A DNA stretch of 29,714 nt from a virus (taxonomy: Duplodnaviria > Caudoviricetes). The stretch spans positions 1-29,714 of the IMG/VR virus record IMGVR_UViG_3300032292_000502. One strand, written 5' to 3'. Numbering within the stretch: the stretch's first letter is position 1; every line of letters starts with the position of its first letter. Under the pieces are notes generated by a model that saw only the letters and a list, made by a program, of their open reading frames with translations, ran no database searches and was not told where the DNA came from. A program made the translations under genes and the position numbers. Below, piece after piece: positions 7,023 to 17,050 of this stretch.

Positions 7023-7957
7023 AATTGTTGGAGTTTTTTCTCAAGTAAATTTGAGAATGTTAGTGGTATGGTTTGTTGAACCAAATTTGTAAATCTTTCA
7101 AATCCCATTTCGCTTGGGTCTTTATCTTCTAGATTTACTAAATATACTTCTTTACCTTCGTTCATTAATGTTTCACAAAAGTTAAGAGATTGTTTAATAG
7201 CATCTTTGTCTAATGCTATATAAATTTTTCCTACAGAAGAATTTAATATTTTTTTCATTAAACTTTTTTGAATTGTTTTACCCAACAATGGTATGGCGTT
7301 ACGTTTGATAGCAATAGCATCAAACATACCCTCACACAAAATAATAGGTACATTCCAATTAATAAAAAGCTCTAACCCAACTATATTTCTAGAAACATCG
7401 GGGTTTTTATATTTTAAAGTAGAGTTTTTATCAAAGTTTCTTGCGGTAAAATAATTAAGATTTCCTTTATCATCGTACGATGGAATAATAATCATATTTG
7501 AAAATTTACCAAACTCACAGTACCCGATATTGTATTTAGTTATATCTGCTTTAGTAATACCACGTTTATTTAAATACGATATTGCTTTTTTAGCTACTAA
7601 ACTGTTTATAGGTGGTTTAACCAATGATATAAATTCCTCTGGTAGTGTAATTTTGGTAGATACTATTATTTCTTGTTTTTCATCTGTTGATGATGATTTA
7701 ACTAAAAATCTTAGTTCACTAATTTTGTCAGGGTCGGCTGCTATTTTCTTAAATAATGTAGTTAACTTTTTACCTTTAAAACCACACACCCAACATTGAT
7801 ATGATTGGAAATGGGGTGATGATTCTTCTAAATTAACTTCTAATTTAAGTTTATGGTGTTTACAATTAGGACAGTGATACGCCCTATTACCTTTAGATGT
7901 GGGTCTACCCTTACCTAAAACAGAATCTATTAAATATACTAAAGCAGTATTAGACAT
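7019..7957 (-). CDS. DnaG-type DNA primase
   Basis: N-terminal zinc finger (CPNC...CWVC), KYKNP, TOPRIM motifs LCEGMFDAIAI and IALDKDA, DPSEMG. Confidence 0.92.
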   Translation of the reverse strand: MSNTALVYLIDSVLGKGRPTSKGNRAYHCPNCKHHKLKLEVNLEESSPHFQSYQCWVCGFKGKKLTTLFKKIAADPDKISELRFLVKSSSTDEKQEIIVSTKITLPEEFISLVKPPINSLVAKKAISYLNKRGITKADITKYNIGYCEFGKFSNMIIIPSYDDKGNLNYFTARNFDKNSTLKYKNPDVSRNIVGLELFINWNVPIILCEGMFDAIAIKRNAIPLLGKTIQKSLMKKILNSSVGKIYIALDKDAIKQSLNFCETLMNEGKEVYLVNLEDKDPSEMGFERFTNLVQQTIPLTFSNLLEKKLQQL

Positions 7958-7990
7958 TGTCTATAATGTAATAAAAATAAATTAACAAGC

Positions 7991-8437
7991 CTAGTTAAAA
8001 TCTTTTCTAAAAAATTTACCAAGTATATTATCGTTGTACCATTTTTCAGGTTCTTCTAATACACCAAAGTAGAAAAGATATTTACACTCGTAGTAGGTTA
8101 ATAACTTTTTATTGTCAACAAACTTTATTATTTCACGTTTAAATTCGTTGTGTTTATTTTCTTTTAATAAATCAAGAATAGGTTTAGCTGAGCCGTGGTA
8201 TGTTTTCCAATCAGATTCTTTTTGTACTTTTTTAGTTGATGATTTACGGCCAGGACCTGATTGTTCTGCTAATTCTTTTTTAGTAAGTTTTTTTGTTAGG
8301 TTATGGTAAAGTGCTTTCTTACCTATATAAGACATTTTTGTAGGTTTATGAGTTACTATATAAATAAACCCATAAGTGTTTTCAGGAAAGTCTTCTAATT
8401 TTTCTATAATCTCGTTATTGTATAACCAATTGTTCAT
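7991..8437 (-). CDS. GIY-YIG family nuclease-like protein
   Basis: YGFIYIVTH...SYIGKK, WKTYHGS, conserved E and YNDNI. Confidence 0.75.
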   Translation of the reverse strand: MNNWLYNNEIIEKLEDFPENTYGFIYIVTHKPTKMSYIGKKALYHNLTKKLTKKELAEQSGPGRKSSTKKVQKESDWKTYHGSAKPILDLLKENKHNEFKREIIKFVDNKKLLTYYECKYLFYFGVLEEPEKWYNDNILGKFFRKDFN

Positions 8438-8440
8438 TTT

Positions 8441-9355
8441 TTATCTATCTATGTTTATAATTATATTAGTATCTGTTGTTTTAGAACCAGGTAGTGGTTT
8501 TGATAATTTAGCAACAGCTAATAAATCTTGATTTTCATTGTATAATCCTACAGTTGTGATATATGGGGTAAAAAATGATCCTGTAGCATAATCGTATAAT
8601 GTGCTTCCTGAAAGTAAGGTTGGGTTAAAACTTGCATTAAATTCACTTTCACGAATAGTACATTTATATTGAGTTTCATAAATGGTATAAGTACTATCAA
8701 ATGACATTGTTACATTTGAACTAGTAACAAATCCATTTATAAGTGAACTACTATAAGTAGAATTTGTTAAAGTAATGATACCGTGAGGATAAATAATATT
8801 TCCTACTATAACATTTGATATAGAACCAGATGTATATAATACATTTCCTTCTCCATCGTCTGTTAAACTACCACTAACTGGTGATATTAAAGTAAAACTT
8901 TTAGGTCTTAAAAGTTCACCATATAAAGAAACTGGTATAGAAATTACTCCTAATTGTGATGAAGATCCTGTAGGGAAGTATCTAGAAGCAGTTAAAGTAG
9001 ATTGTAAATAATTATCAAATCTAGGTTGTTGATTTATATTTCCACTTACTTGAACTATAATTCCATTATCGTCTGTAAATTGGGCTGCTTCATCTCCGTA
9101 ACTTGAAGATATAAAATTTGAATAATATAATTCTTTAATTGAATTATAAACTAAAAATTGATAAGAACCGGTGTTTATAAAACCTGTTATAGGACCTAAA
9201 TCCCCACTCGATGATAGTGGGTAATTAGTACCTACATAACGATCAATTCCTATACTTGGGGATATAAAATCATTCCCTAATATGGTAAAACTTTTATTTA
9301 CCGGAAATGGGGTAACTATTATATCTTGAGATAAGAATTGTTTGAATACACTCAT
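8441..9355 (-). CDS. Virion structural protein (tail/baseplate-associated), paralogue of 9359..10387
   Basis: Ser/Thr/Gly-rich; C-terminal YITTVGLYNENQDLLAVAKLSKPL; lies in the baseplate module. Confidence 0.7.
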   Translation of the reverse strand: MSVFKQFLSQDIIVTPFPVNKSFTILGNDFISPSIGIDRYVGTNYPLSSSGDLGPITGFINTGSYQFLVYNSIKELYYSNFISSSYGDEAAQFTDDNGIIVQVSGNINQQPRFDNYLQSTLTASRYFPTGSSSQLGVISIPVSLYGELLRPKSFTLISPVSGSLTDDGEGNVLYTSGSISNVIVGNIIYPHGIITLTNSTYSSSLINGFVTSSNVTMSFDSTYTIYETQYKCTIRESEFNASFNPTLLSGSTLYDYATGSFFTPYITTVGLYNENQDLLAVAKLSKPLPGSKTTDTNIIINIDR

Positions 9356-9358
9356 TCA

Positions 9359-10387
9359 TTAAAAGTCTAATTTAACTCTTACCAACATTTCTTTTGTAAA
9401 GTTTTTCTTTAAAGGTTTAGATAGTTTTGCAACAGCTAATAATTCATTGTTATCATTATATAAACCAACAGTTGTAATATATGTTTCAGGATTGTTTATA
9501 AAACTATCGTATAATACTGATCCATTACTTCCTGAGATGAATGTTGGGTTTTCTGAGTAGTTAAATTCTGCGTTTCTTGCTCTAACGTATATAAAATCAG
9601 ATGTAATTGTTTCTTGTGAATTTAATGTAAAATTAGCTCCACCAGAAATAGCGTTAAATAATGTTCTATTATTGTATCCTAAATCGTTAAAACTACGGCT
9701 TGTATTTAAAATAATACCACCAGCAGCTGCTACACCACCTAATGCTAAAGGATTTAACATTACTACTCCAATATCTGGTAAAAACCAACCATATGATCCT
9801 GAAAGTGCACTTGCACCTCCTGCCCATCCTCGAGAGTTTATACCTGTATAAACTGTACCTGCTGATCCACTAACTAAATTATATAAACGACCTGCGTCTG
9901 TAAATACATTAGTTGTAGTTACTCTAGAATCATCTGTTAAAATAATAGAATTAGAACCTGACGTTAATTTTAAAGATAATGATCCTGGAAGGAGTGATTC
10001 TTTATATCTATTTCTGTCTATATTTAAAACATAAAATCCAGAAGCAGATACATTACCAAATATAAAGCTAGCGTTTTCATCTCCTAAAACTAAACTTCTA
10101 TATTGACCATAAATTGTTCTTGTTGGTGAAGATCCAGTAACGGATGTATCATATAAGTAGCTTCCACTGCCTTGAGAATCTCCATAAGCAATATCAAATT
10201 GAACCTCAGAACCGGATATTAAAGATGCGGTTTGGTAAACACTTAGATAATATTGTCCTGTGGTTGCTTCTTGAACTGAAGAAGTAAAAAGTGTAGCTAG
10301 TTTAGGTACATATCCTGTCCATAAAGCCGCTGTTACGGCTTCAGATGATAATATAAAATCTTCAGGGTCTAATCTTTTAAATGACAT
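9359..10387 (-). CDS. Virion structural protein (tail/baseplate-associated)
   Basis: C-terminal YITTVGLYNDNNELLAVAKLSKPL shared with the neighbouring gene. Confidence 0.7.
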   Translation of the reverse strand: MSFKRLDPEDFILSSEAVTAALWTGYVPKLATLFTSSVQEATTGQYYLSVYQTASLISGSEVQFDIAYGDSQGSGSYLYDTSVTGSSPTRTIYGQYRSLVLGDENASFIFGNVSASGFYVLNIDRNRYKESLLPGSLSLKLTSGSNSIILTDDSRVTTTNVFTDAGRLYNLVSGSAGTVYTGINSRGWAGGASALSGSYGWFLPDIGVVMLNPLALGGVAAAGGIILNTSRSFNDLGYNNRTLFNAISGGANFTLNSQETITSDFIYVRARNAEFNYSENPTFISGSNGSVLYDSFINNPETYITTVGLYNDNNELLAVAKLSKPLKKNFTKEMLVRVKLDF

Positions 10388-10407
10388 ATTTTATTTTTTT
10401 AATTTTA

Positions 10408-11064
10408 TTAAACTTTAACAACAGTTACAGGTATAGTTAATCTAGCTCCAGAATCACGACCTACAACAGTTAATGAAGCGTATAATTGATTATAAGTAGT
10501 TCCAAACAATGTATTAACTGTGGTCGCAGTTAAATTAATTGTAGTACCTATTACAGTTTTAGATACATTAGTACCTACAGTAGTTGTTGTATTCAATGCT
10601 TGAGCATCTGTGGTATTGACACCTACACCTGTAAAGCTATTAAATAAACGAACATCAGAAATAGTTGCTGTATATCCTGAGTTTTCAAATACTTGGTTGT
10701 TGCCTAAATAATTTAAAGTTTGGGGAGTAATTGCTAATGAAGCTCCTTGTTTAATTACGATAGAAGCATAACCTAAATCTAAAATAGGCATTTTAGAAGT
10801 ACCACGTGGTAAAGTGGTTAATTTATACTTCATTATTTGAGTTTCTTGAGGAAAGGCTTCTAATAAAGGCATATTGTCAATAGCTTGACCGTAGTACGCA
10901 GACCCAGATGGGTGAGTTGGGTTGTACATTGTATAATCTATTTCGTCATCAGCTAATGAAAATTGCGTAATTCTAAAACTTCCATCACCTCTGGCTAGTA
11001 ATTCTCTGCCTTTTTTAGTTAAAATGGCATCAACTGTTACTACTGTGTTATTTAAATATCCCAT
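10408..11064 (-). CDS. Virion structural protein (tail-collar-like N-terminus)
   Basis: AILTKKGRELLARG...ITQFSLADD; beta-rich; preceded by ATATTTATA. Confidence 0.65.
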   Translation of the reverse strand: MGYLNNTVVTVDAILTKKGRELLARGDGSFRITQFSLADDEIDYTMYNPTHPSGSAYYGQAIDNMPLLEAFPQETQIMKYKLTTLPRGTSKMPILDLGYASIVIKQGASLAITPQTLNYLGNNQVFENSGYTATISDVRLFNSFTGVGVNTTDAQALNTTTTVGTNVSKTVIGTTINLTATTVNTLFGTTYNQLYASLTVVGRDSGARLTIPVTVVKV

Positions 11065-11081
11065 TTGTTATTGATTTTTAT

Positions 11082-11090
11082 TATAAATAT
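11082..11090 (-). promoter_or_regulatory. ATATTTATA motif, putative phage late promoter
   Basis: Exact intergenic motif 17 nt upstream of ATG 11064. Confidence 0.6.
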
Positions 11091-11091
11091 A

Positions 11092-14000
11092 TTAGGTTTT
11101 AGGTTTATTTCCAAAATTTTCAACTATATAATCTAAGTTATTTTTTATGAATGGCGACACATGATACGGAAGAATATTGCCTTTTCCAAGTCCACTTAAA
11201 TTATTATCGACAGCTATAACAGGAGCGTTTTCTGTAGCTTTCCATATAATACACCCTAAGCTAGTATCTCCATACTGTTTAGCAGCGGCAAATGTACTGT
11301 TTGTTTTATTATAAAAATTAGCATAATTCCCGGCATCAATAGAACATGAAAAAATTTCATATATACCTAATGAATTTAAAAGTAAATCTGGAGGGTTATT
11401 TATTTCTAAATAGAAGGGGAATCGTTCCTTTAGTGGGATACTTGTTCTACCAAATCCATTATTAGAGTATACACTTGGTAAAAATTCAAATACAGACATA
11501 AACCACCTACTACCACTTAAAATACTTTGATACACCGCTACACTAGCACTAACTACATTTACTAATGATCCTGTTATATATGTTCCATCATTTTGAACCA
11601 CTACAGTAGGTATAGACCCAGATGTATATAAAAGTGAACTAGATAATGATGTAGGTGATGAACCAATCCATCCTCCAAACATTCCAATACCTGAGGGGTT
11701 AGTAAAATTGCTAGGAATCCAATATGCACTTTGTGAAGGTATTATATTACTTGGAAATAAAGAAACATTAGATGTTGCGACATTAGAATTAGGAGAATAT
11801 TGACTTATAGATAGATTAGCAGATGAAGGTTTGTTTATAGTAAATCCAGCAGTCCCAAGTTTAAATATTTTTCCAACCCACACATTACTTCCAGTAATGT
11901 ATGTATAATTTTTAGATGTAGTATCAAATTGGCTTTGAACTGTAAATAAGAAATTATTATCTATATATGGTTTTATATTTACGGTACTACTTGTATTATC
12001 TGTTGATATAATTTGATTTGGATTTAATTTAAAAATCCTTCCAGGAAACTCTAATATTGGTAAACCATTATCAAATTCATAAATAGTAGTAAAATATCCA
12101 TTTGCTATACTTGCATCATTTGGTTTTGGGTTTAACCAAAGAGATTGACTAAACTGAGTTTGAAGTGCTTGTGAAACAGATGAAGTATTAAAATTATCCG
12201 TTGTTTGTCTACTTCCTAAGTATCTTGGGTATATATGTCTTCTTAAATTATAATAATAATCTTTAACATCTGCTTTAGTAGCCGAGCCAGATAAAATATA
12301 TTGGAAAAAAGCAGCATTTGTTAAATAATTAGGATCTAATTCTTGAATATATTGACTTAATTCTTGTGTACTAACATTATTATACAATGAATCATAGTCA
12401 CCTCCTTCAAAAGGTTTAGGTAAATATGGACTATAAAATATTAAATCACTTGAACCAGTTTGAGCTAACCCGGTTACAACAGGATTAACTAACTTAACAT
12501 TAAGATAAGCATTAGAAGCAGTTATACTACTAGCATCATTTTCACTAGTGAATGCCCAAAGGTAACTATCTCCATATCGTGGATTGGGATCAACTACTGA
12601 TACAAGTGCGTTTGCTGGTATTCCTGGTCCTCCTGTTACTAATGTACCCACTGCTAATATACTAACCCCAGTACTCATATGAATATTTATATTATCAAAT
12701 GATACTTGTGGGATTGTAGGTGTATAAGCATGTTGTTTAAAAATAAATAATCTTCCTGACCAAGGACTAAGGTCTGCCGATACTAAATCTACAGAAGCTT
12801 CTATAGTTAATGGTACGTTAATATAATCACGCAGTGTGTATAAACTTGCAGTTATATCTATTGATGTTTTAAAATTTTCATATGATGCTGTAAAATAATT
12901 TAGTGCATCAAAAATTACAGTTTCTGATTTAATTGCTTTAGAACTAAATGTAGTATTTCCACCATTTTGGTAACCATTAGCAATATATGCTTCTATAGAA
13001 GAAGTAGTTAAAGAAGCTGAAGCGGAGAAATTTAAAATTATACTACTTGTATATGATGGAGTAGCATTTAATGTTGGTTGATAAGAGTATACAAAATAAC
13101 TATTGTATTCTGCTTTAGATAAAACATCATAGTATATTGTGGCGTTTGGATATTGTAGCCTAAAAGAATCTAAATATGCTAAACTAAGACTGTAGTTATT
13201 TCCTTGTATGTCTTTTTTAGATACTTTAATAAGTGCATCACCTTGACTAGTAGGTGAAGATACTAAAAAGTTTATTTCTCCATCTTTAGGAACAGATTCA
13301 TACCAACTACCTGAGTTGTAGTTGTAAAATCTAACTTTGTAATTTGATTCAGGTTGAACTAAACTAAGAAAAATATTATCACCATTTAAATTTCCATCTG
13401 TAGCTACTAATTCTGTTCCTTGTAATTCACCATCAAAAAATTCTTTTTGATCAATATGATTTATATATGATATACCCGTTGGTCCAACGAATGGCTCAAC
13501 CCAACTTTGAGTTAAATTTATAGCTCCAGGATATACAAAACTGCTACTTGTAGAACCATTTAATTCAGGCATTACTCCTCCGGGGTTTGCTGATGGTTTA
13601 TAAAGTGGAGACTCTTCGTAATTGTATGGGAAAGATTTAACTGATCCTGAGTAGTCTTCAAATTCATAACTTCCTTGGGCAGGAGCGTATTTATTTCTTT
13701 CTAATAAGTGTTGTTTAATAACAATACCTGTTGCTAAACTAGTTCTAGCAGGTACAAAATCTTTAATTAATTTAAATAATGAATTATCAAAATATTTAAT
13801 TAATTTAACATAATCTACTAAATTATAACTAGAAGAATATTTTGCGAAATATTGATCTCTAAGTTGATTAAAATCAGTGTATTCAGTGATTTTCTTATTT
13901 ATTAATTGTCTTGGATCACCTATATAATTTCCAATATTAAAATAACCTAATTGGCTAATTATGTCTTCGTTTATTTCGTTTTGAGGAGAAAAAGCTACTT

Positions 14001-16713
14001 CTACATAATTAACATCACGAGTATAGCTTTGGCTTACTTCAAAATTTTGTTGTAAAGATCTTAAAGCAGATAAAGTATCGCCAGCAGGAATAAATGTACT
14101 TTCTATTTTAATTTTGTTAGAAATAATATTTCTAATACCAGCAGGAAACTGATCTAAATAAATTACTTCTGTATTAGGGACAAATGAATAACTTCCACTA
14201 AAAGTATAAATGCTATTTCCACCAGAAAATGATTGAGTAACTGGGTAGTAAGATATACCGGGGTGGACTGAGGTTCTTGCCGAGCCACTTTTGTCTAATT
14301 CGCTACCTAAAGGTGCTCTAAATATTAATGTAGCTTGAGATGTTTGTGACCCACTTAATTGATTAGATTCAATTGAATATGGATTCATCACATAATCATT
14401 AAATACACTTTCACTAATAGCTACACTATAAAATCTTAATTCTTGAAATGACCCCGAAAACGGAGTATAGGTTTTACCTGCTATGCTTTTACTAGAAGAA
14501 TATGATAAATAAAAATTACTAGCTGAAACTGAGTTTATCCAAAATCCACTACTTGTAAAGCTACTAGATGCTTGAAAACCAATTTTATTGCCATCATATC
14601 CACTATATATCTTGTTTTTAAGATATAAACTGCTAGTTCCTGCATAACATGTAGTTAAAACAGACCACCAATTACCATCAAAAATAGGTAAATATACACT
14701 AGCGGAAACACTTCCACTTATTAATTTTAATGTACCATATTGATATTCAGGGTTAACTACAGAAGAACTATATGAACCAGTAGCATATCCACTTCCTGTA
14801 TATTCTATAACTAAATCATATGCTGAGCCTGAAAATGAAGCTAATGACTGGCTAAAACTAGAAGTAGCAGCTACAGGAATACCTGTAGTTTTAAATCTAA
14901 ATTCAACTGTACTTAATGATGCACTAGTAATTCCTGACGGTATGGCTTTAGATACAAATCCTGAGCTTGTAGTAAAAAATTCATAATTAAATTGGTCTTG
15001 AAATTGGTCCCAATCGTTTGCATTAATTTTATTTTTACCACCAAATTCACTTATTCTAAGAATAGTATCAGGAATGCCATAAGTATTAATTAATAATCTT
15101 AAGCCTTCAACAGTACCTTTTTTCTTAAATAATAAAGGTAAATTATGATATATTCTTTTATAAGTACTAACATTAACGTCTTCTAATGGTATTACACTAT
15201 TGGAAGCAGTTATATAATTAGTAATTAATTCACTTCCTGTTGGAGGTAATAAATTTAAATTATTAGTTATACCTAAAAATGAAGAATATAAATCGTTTGT
15301 TGAAAAATTGTTTTGATATATTTTAATACCAAAATCTTTTAAAGCATCAGATACAACATCTCTTGATAAACCATAGTCTATTCTGTTATCTGAGTTGTAC
15401 TTGTTTGATACTTCTTCATAATATAAATACAAAATATCAAAATGTTGACCTAACATTTCAACAAATAATTCATACTGAGCGTTTTCTGGGTCTTCTTTTA
15501 GATATAAAGGTATAGCATTTACTAATGCGTCTTTATTTTCTGAGTCAAAAATAGATGCTGTGCTTAGTTGACCAGTCAACCATGCTTGTCCTTGTGAAGA
15601 TGTTGATGGATAGTTTACGTATGGTTGGGTTGAGTTAGATTTAGGCCAAGAAGTACTACCAGAATTATAATATAAATAATATTCATATCCATCAAATTTT
15701 TCTTCTATCTCTCTAATTTTAGTTAAATAAATGTTTTGACTAGAAGATAGATAATTATTTATTGGAGATAATGAAGCACTAGTAGCTTGTTGATTGTAAC
15801 TTTCAATTAAAGAAAGTTTATAATAAAAGTTTTCTAACCTAGTTTGAGCTGAAGAAAAATGGACAAAATTACTATAATCAGTATAATCAATGTTTAAACG
15901 AATTGATTTATTTTTTAATATATTGTTTAATTGGTTAGTTAATGAAGAAGATACTGACGTTTGTAGTGAGGTGTAATTATAATAATCTGTTGAATTATTA
16001 ACTTTATCTTTTAAAGATATATTTAAGTTAGGACCTTTAAGTGGTATTGTAGGTTCAGTTGTATCAAATACCGCTATTGCTTCAATAAAATAAGCTATCG
16101 AATTTGCTAATTTATTTATAGCCCACAACTCAGATTTTAAATCAAATTGAACAGGAAGTGCTTCGTATAATTTAATTAAAATAGTATCATTTTGCAATAA
16201 AATGTTATTTGCAATAATCAAATTATTGTCTCCAAAATTTAAATAAAAATCTGGGAAGTAGTTTAAATTACTAATAGATGATATAAAATTATTATATCCT
16301 TCAACTATAAGCCCAAGTGGTATTGTATTAGAAGATAATCGTATTTCAGTTCTATCTGAACTAATTTCTGATATAAAATATTTGTTTGTAAATGATGAAT
16401 TAAGTAATGGAGTAATAAAGTTATAAACTGTGTAGTACTGTCCTTCATCAAAACCTAATGATAATAAATCATTTTGAGGATCAATAGTTACATCTTCGTC
16501 TAGTAATGTATAATTTATAAAATTATAATCTGACGTAATGACATTTTGATTAGCATCTAATACATGGTATTCTATTGTATTAAAACTAGATGAAAAAAGA
16601 ATATCATTAATAGTAAAACTTGAAATTAATCCACTATCTGATTCCTGGTAGTTTTGAAATTCAAAATTATCTGCGTTAACAGGTTGTATATTAACTATAG
16701 TATTATCTGCCAT
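11092..16713 (-). CDS. Large baseplate wedge-like structural protein (T4 gp7/P2 gpI-like motif, possible LamG-like domain)
   Basis: 1873 aa; LPLLFKKKGTVEGLRLLINTYG matches the KGT motif of wedge proteins; TVEFRFK...FSGSFQELRFYS is LamG-like; close to gp6- and gp25-like genes. Confidence 0.65.
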   Translation of the reverse strand: MADNTIVNIQPVNADNFEFQNYQESDSGLISSFTINDILFSSSFNTIEYHVLDANQNVITSDYNFINYTLLDEDVTIDPQNDLLSLGFDEGQYYTVYNFITPLLNSSFTNKYFISEISSDRTEIRLSSNTIPLGLIVEGYNNFISSISNLNYFPDFYLNFGDNNLIIANNILLQNDTILIKLYEALPVQFDLKSELWAINKLANSIAYFIEAIAVFDTTEPTIPLKGPNLNISLKDKVNNSTDYYNYTSLQTSVSSSLTNQLNNILKNKSIRLNIDYTDYSNFVHFSSAQTRLENFYYKLSLIESYNQQATSASLSPINNYLSSSQNIYLTKIREIEEKFDGYEYYLYYNSGSTSWPKSNSTQPYVNYPSTSSQGQAWLTGQLSTASIFDSENKDALVNAIPLYLKEDPENAQYELFVEMLGQHFDILYLYYEEVSNKYNSDNRIDYGLSRDVVSDALKDFGIKIYQNNFSTNDLYSSFLGITNNLNLLPPTGSELITNYITASNSVIPLEDVNVSTYKRIYHNLPLLFKKKGTVEGLRLLINTYGIPDTILRISEFGGKNKINANDWDQFQDQFNYEFFTTSSGFVSKAIPSGITSASLSTVEFRFKTTGIPVAATSSFSQSLASFSGSAYDLVIEYTGSGYATGSYSSSVVNPEYQYGTLKLISGSVSASVYLPIFDGNWWSVLTTCYAGTSSLYLKNKIYSGYDGNKIGFQASSSFTSSGFWINSVSASNFYLSYSSSKSIAGKTYTPFSGSFQELRFYSVAISESVFNDYVMNPYSIESNQLSGSQTSQATLIFRAPLGSELDKSGSARTSVHPGISYYPVTQSFSGGNSIYTFSGSYSFVPNTEVIYLDQFPAGIRNIISNKIKIESTFIPAGDTLSALRSLQQNFEVSQSYTRDVNYVEVAFSPQNEINEDIISQLGYFNIGNYIGDPRQLINKKITEYTDFNQLRDQYFAKYSSSYNLVDYVKLIKYFDNSLFKLIKDFVPARTSLATGIVIKQHLLERNKYAPAQGSYEFEDYSGSVKSFPYNYEESPLYKPSANPGGVMPELNGSTSSSFVYPGAINLTQSWVEPFVGPTGISYINHIDQKEFFDGELQGTELVATDGNLNGDNIFLSLVQPESNYKVRFYNYNSGSWYESVPKDGEINFLVSSPTSQGDALIKVSKKDIQGNNYSLSLAYLDSFRLQYPNATIYYDVLSKAEYNSYFVYSYQPTLNATPSYTSSIILNFSASASLTTSSIEAYIANGYQNGGNTTFSSKAIKSETVIFDALNYFTASYENFKTSIDITASLYTLRDYINVPLTIEASVDLVSADLSPWSGRLFIFKQHAYTPTIPQVSFDNINIHMSTGVSILAVGTLVTGGPGIPANALVSVVDPNPRYGDSYLWAFTSENDASSITASNAYLNVKLVNPVVTGLAQTGSSDLIFYSPYLPKPFEGGDYDSLYNNVSTQELSQYIQELDPNYLTNAAFFQYILSGSATKADVKDYYYNLRRHIYPRYLGSRQTTDNFNTSSVSQALQTQFSQSLWLNPKPNDASIANGYFTTIYEFDNGLPILEFPGRIFKLNPNQIISTDNTSSTVNIKPYIDNNFLFTVQSQFDTTSKNYTYITGSNVWVGKIFKLGTAGFTINKPSSANLSISQYSPNSNVATSNVSLFPSNIIPSQSAYWIPSNFTNPSGIGMFGGWIGSSPTSLSSSLLYTSGSIPTVVVQNDGTYITGSLVNVVSASVAVYQSILSGSRWFMSVFEFLPSVYSNNGFGRTSIPLKERFPFYLEINNPPDLLLNSLGIYEIFSCSIDAGNYANFYNKTNSTFAAAKQYGDTSLGCIIWKATENAPVIAVDNNLSGLGKGNILPYHVSPFIKNNLDYIVENFGNKPKT

Positions 16714-17050
16714 TTGTAATTGAACCTATTATTTGTTGTTGTAATGCTAAATTTTCTTCTCGTAAAGCAGTTATTTCATCTAAAAGTGCTTGAGCAGTAT
16801 CATCTATAAATTGAAAATTTATATATTCACTACTTTGTTTAACTAAATATTCATGTGAATTAGTTTCACCGGTTTTAGGAATATCAAAAAATAAAGTTTG
16901 ATAATCATTAAAAAATGCAGCCACTTGATCTTCTGGGGTGAGAGATGAAGTAACAGGGGGAGGAGGTACTAATTGAGTAAAAGAATTATCTATTACGTTA
17001 TCGTATTGTCTTCTCTCGTAAACTGTTTTATTTAAATTTAGTTTATCCAT
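16703..17050 (-). CDS. Hypothetical protein with C-terminal coiled coil, baseplate module
   Basis: 115 aa; QALLDEITALREENLALQQQI; overlaps both neighbours. Confidence 0.75.
   Translation of the reverse strand: MDKLNLNKTVYERRQYDNVIDNSFTQLVPPPPVTSSLTPEDQVAAFFNDYQTLFFDIPKTGETNSHEYLVKQSSEYINFQFIDDTAQALLDEITALREENLALQQQIIGSITNGR

Noticed and set aside
7958-7990. Promoter upstream of the primase (CTTG...TACATTAT, or TTGTTA-N17-TATAGA)
   Set aside because: Spacing is 15 nt and the -7 match is poor for the Bacteroidota consensus; the sigma-70-style reading ends only 2 nt from the ATG.
7991-8437. GIY-YIG gene as part of a group I intron
   Set aside because: It is free-standing between intact genes with only 3-nt and 33-nt gaps, leaving no room for intron structure.
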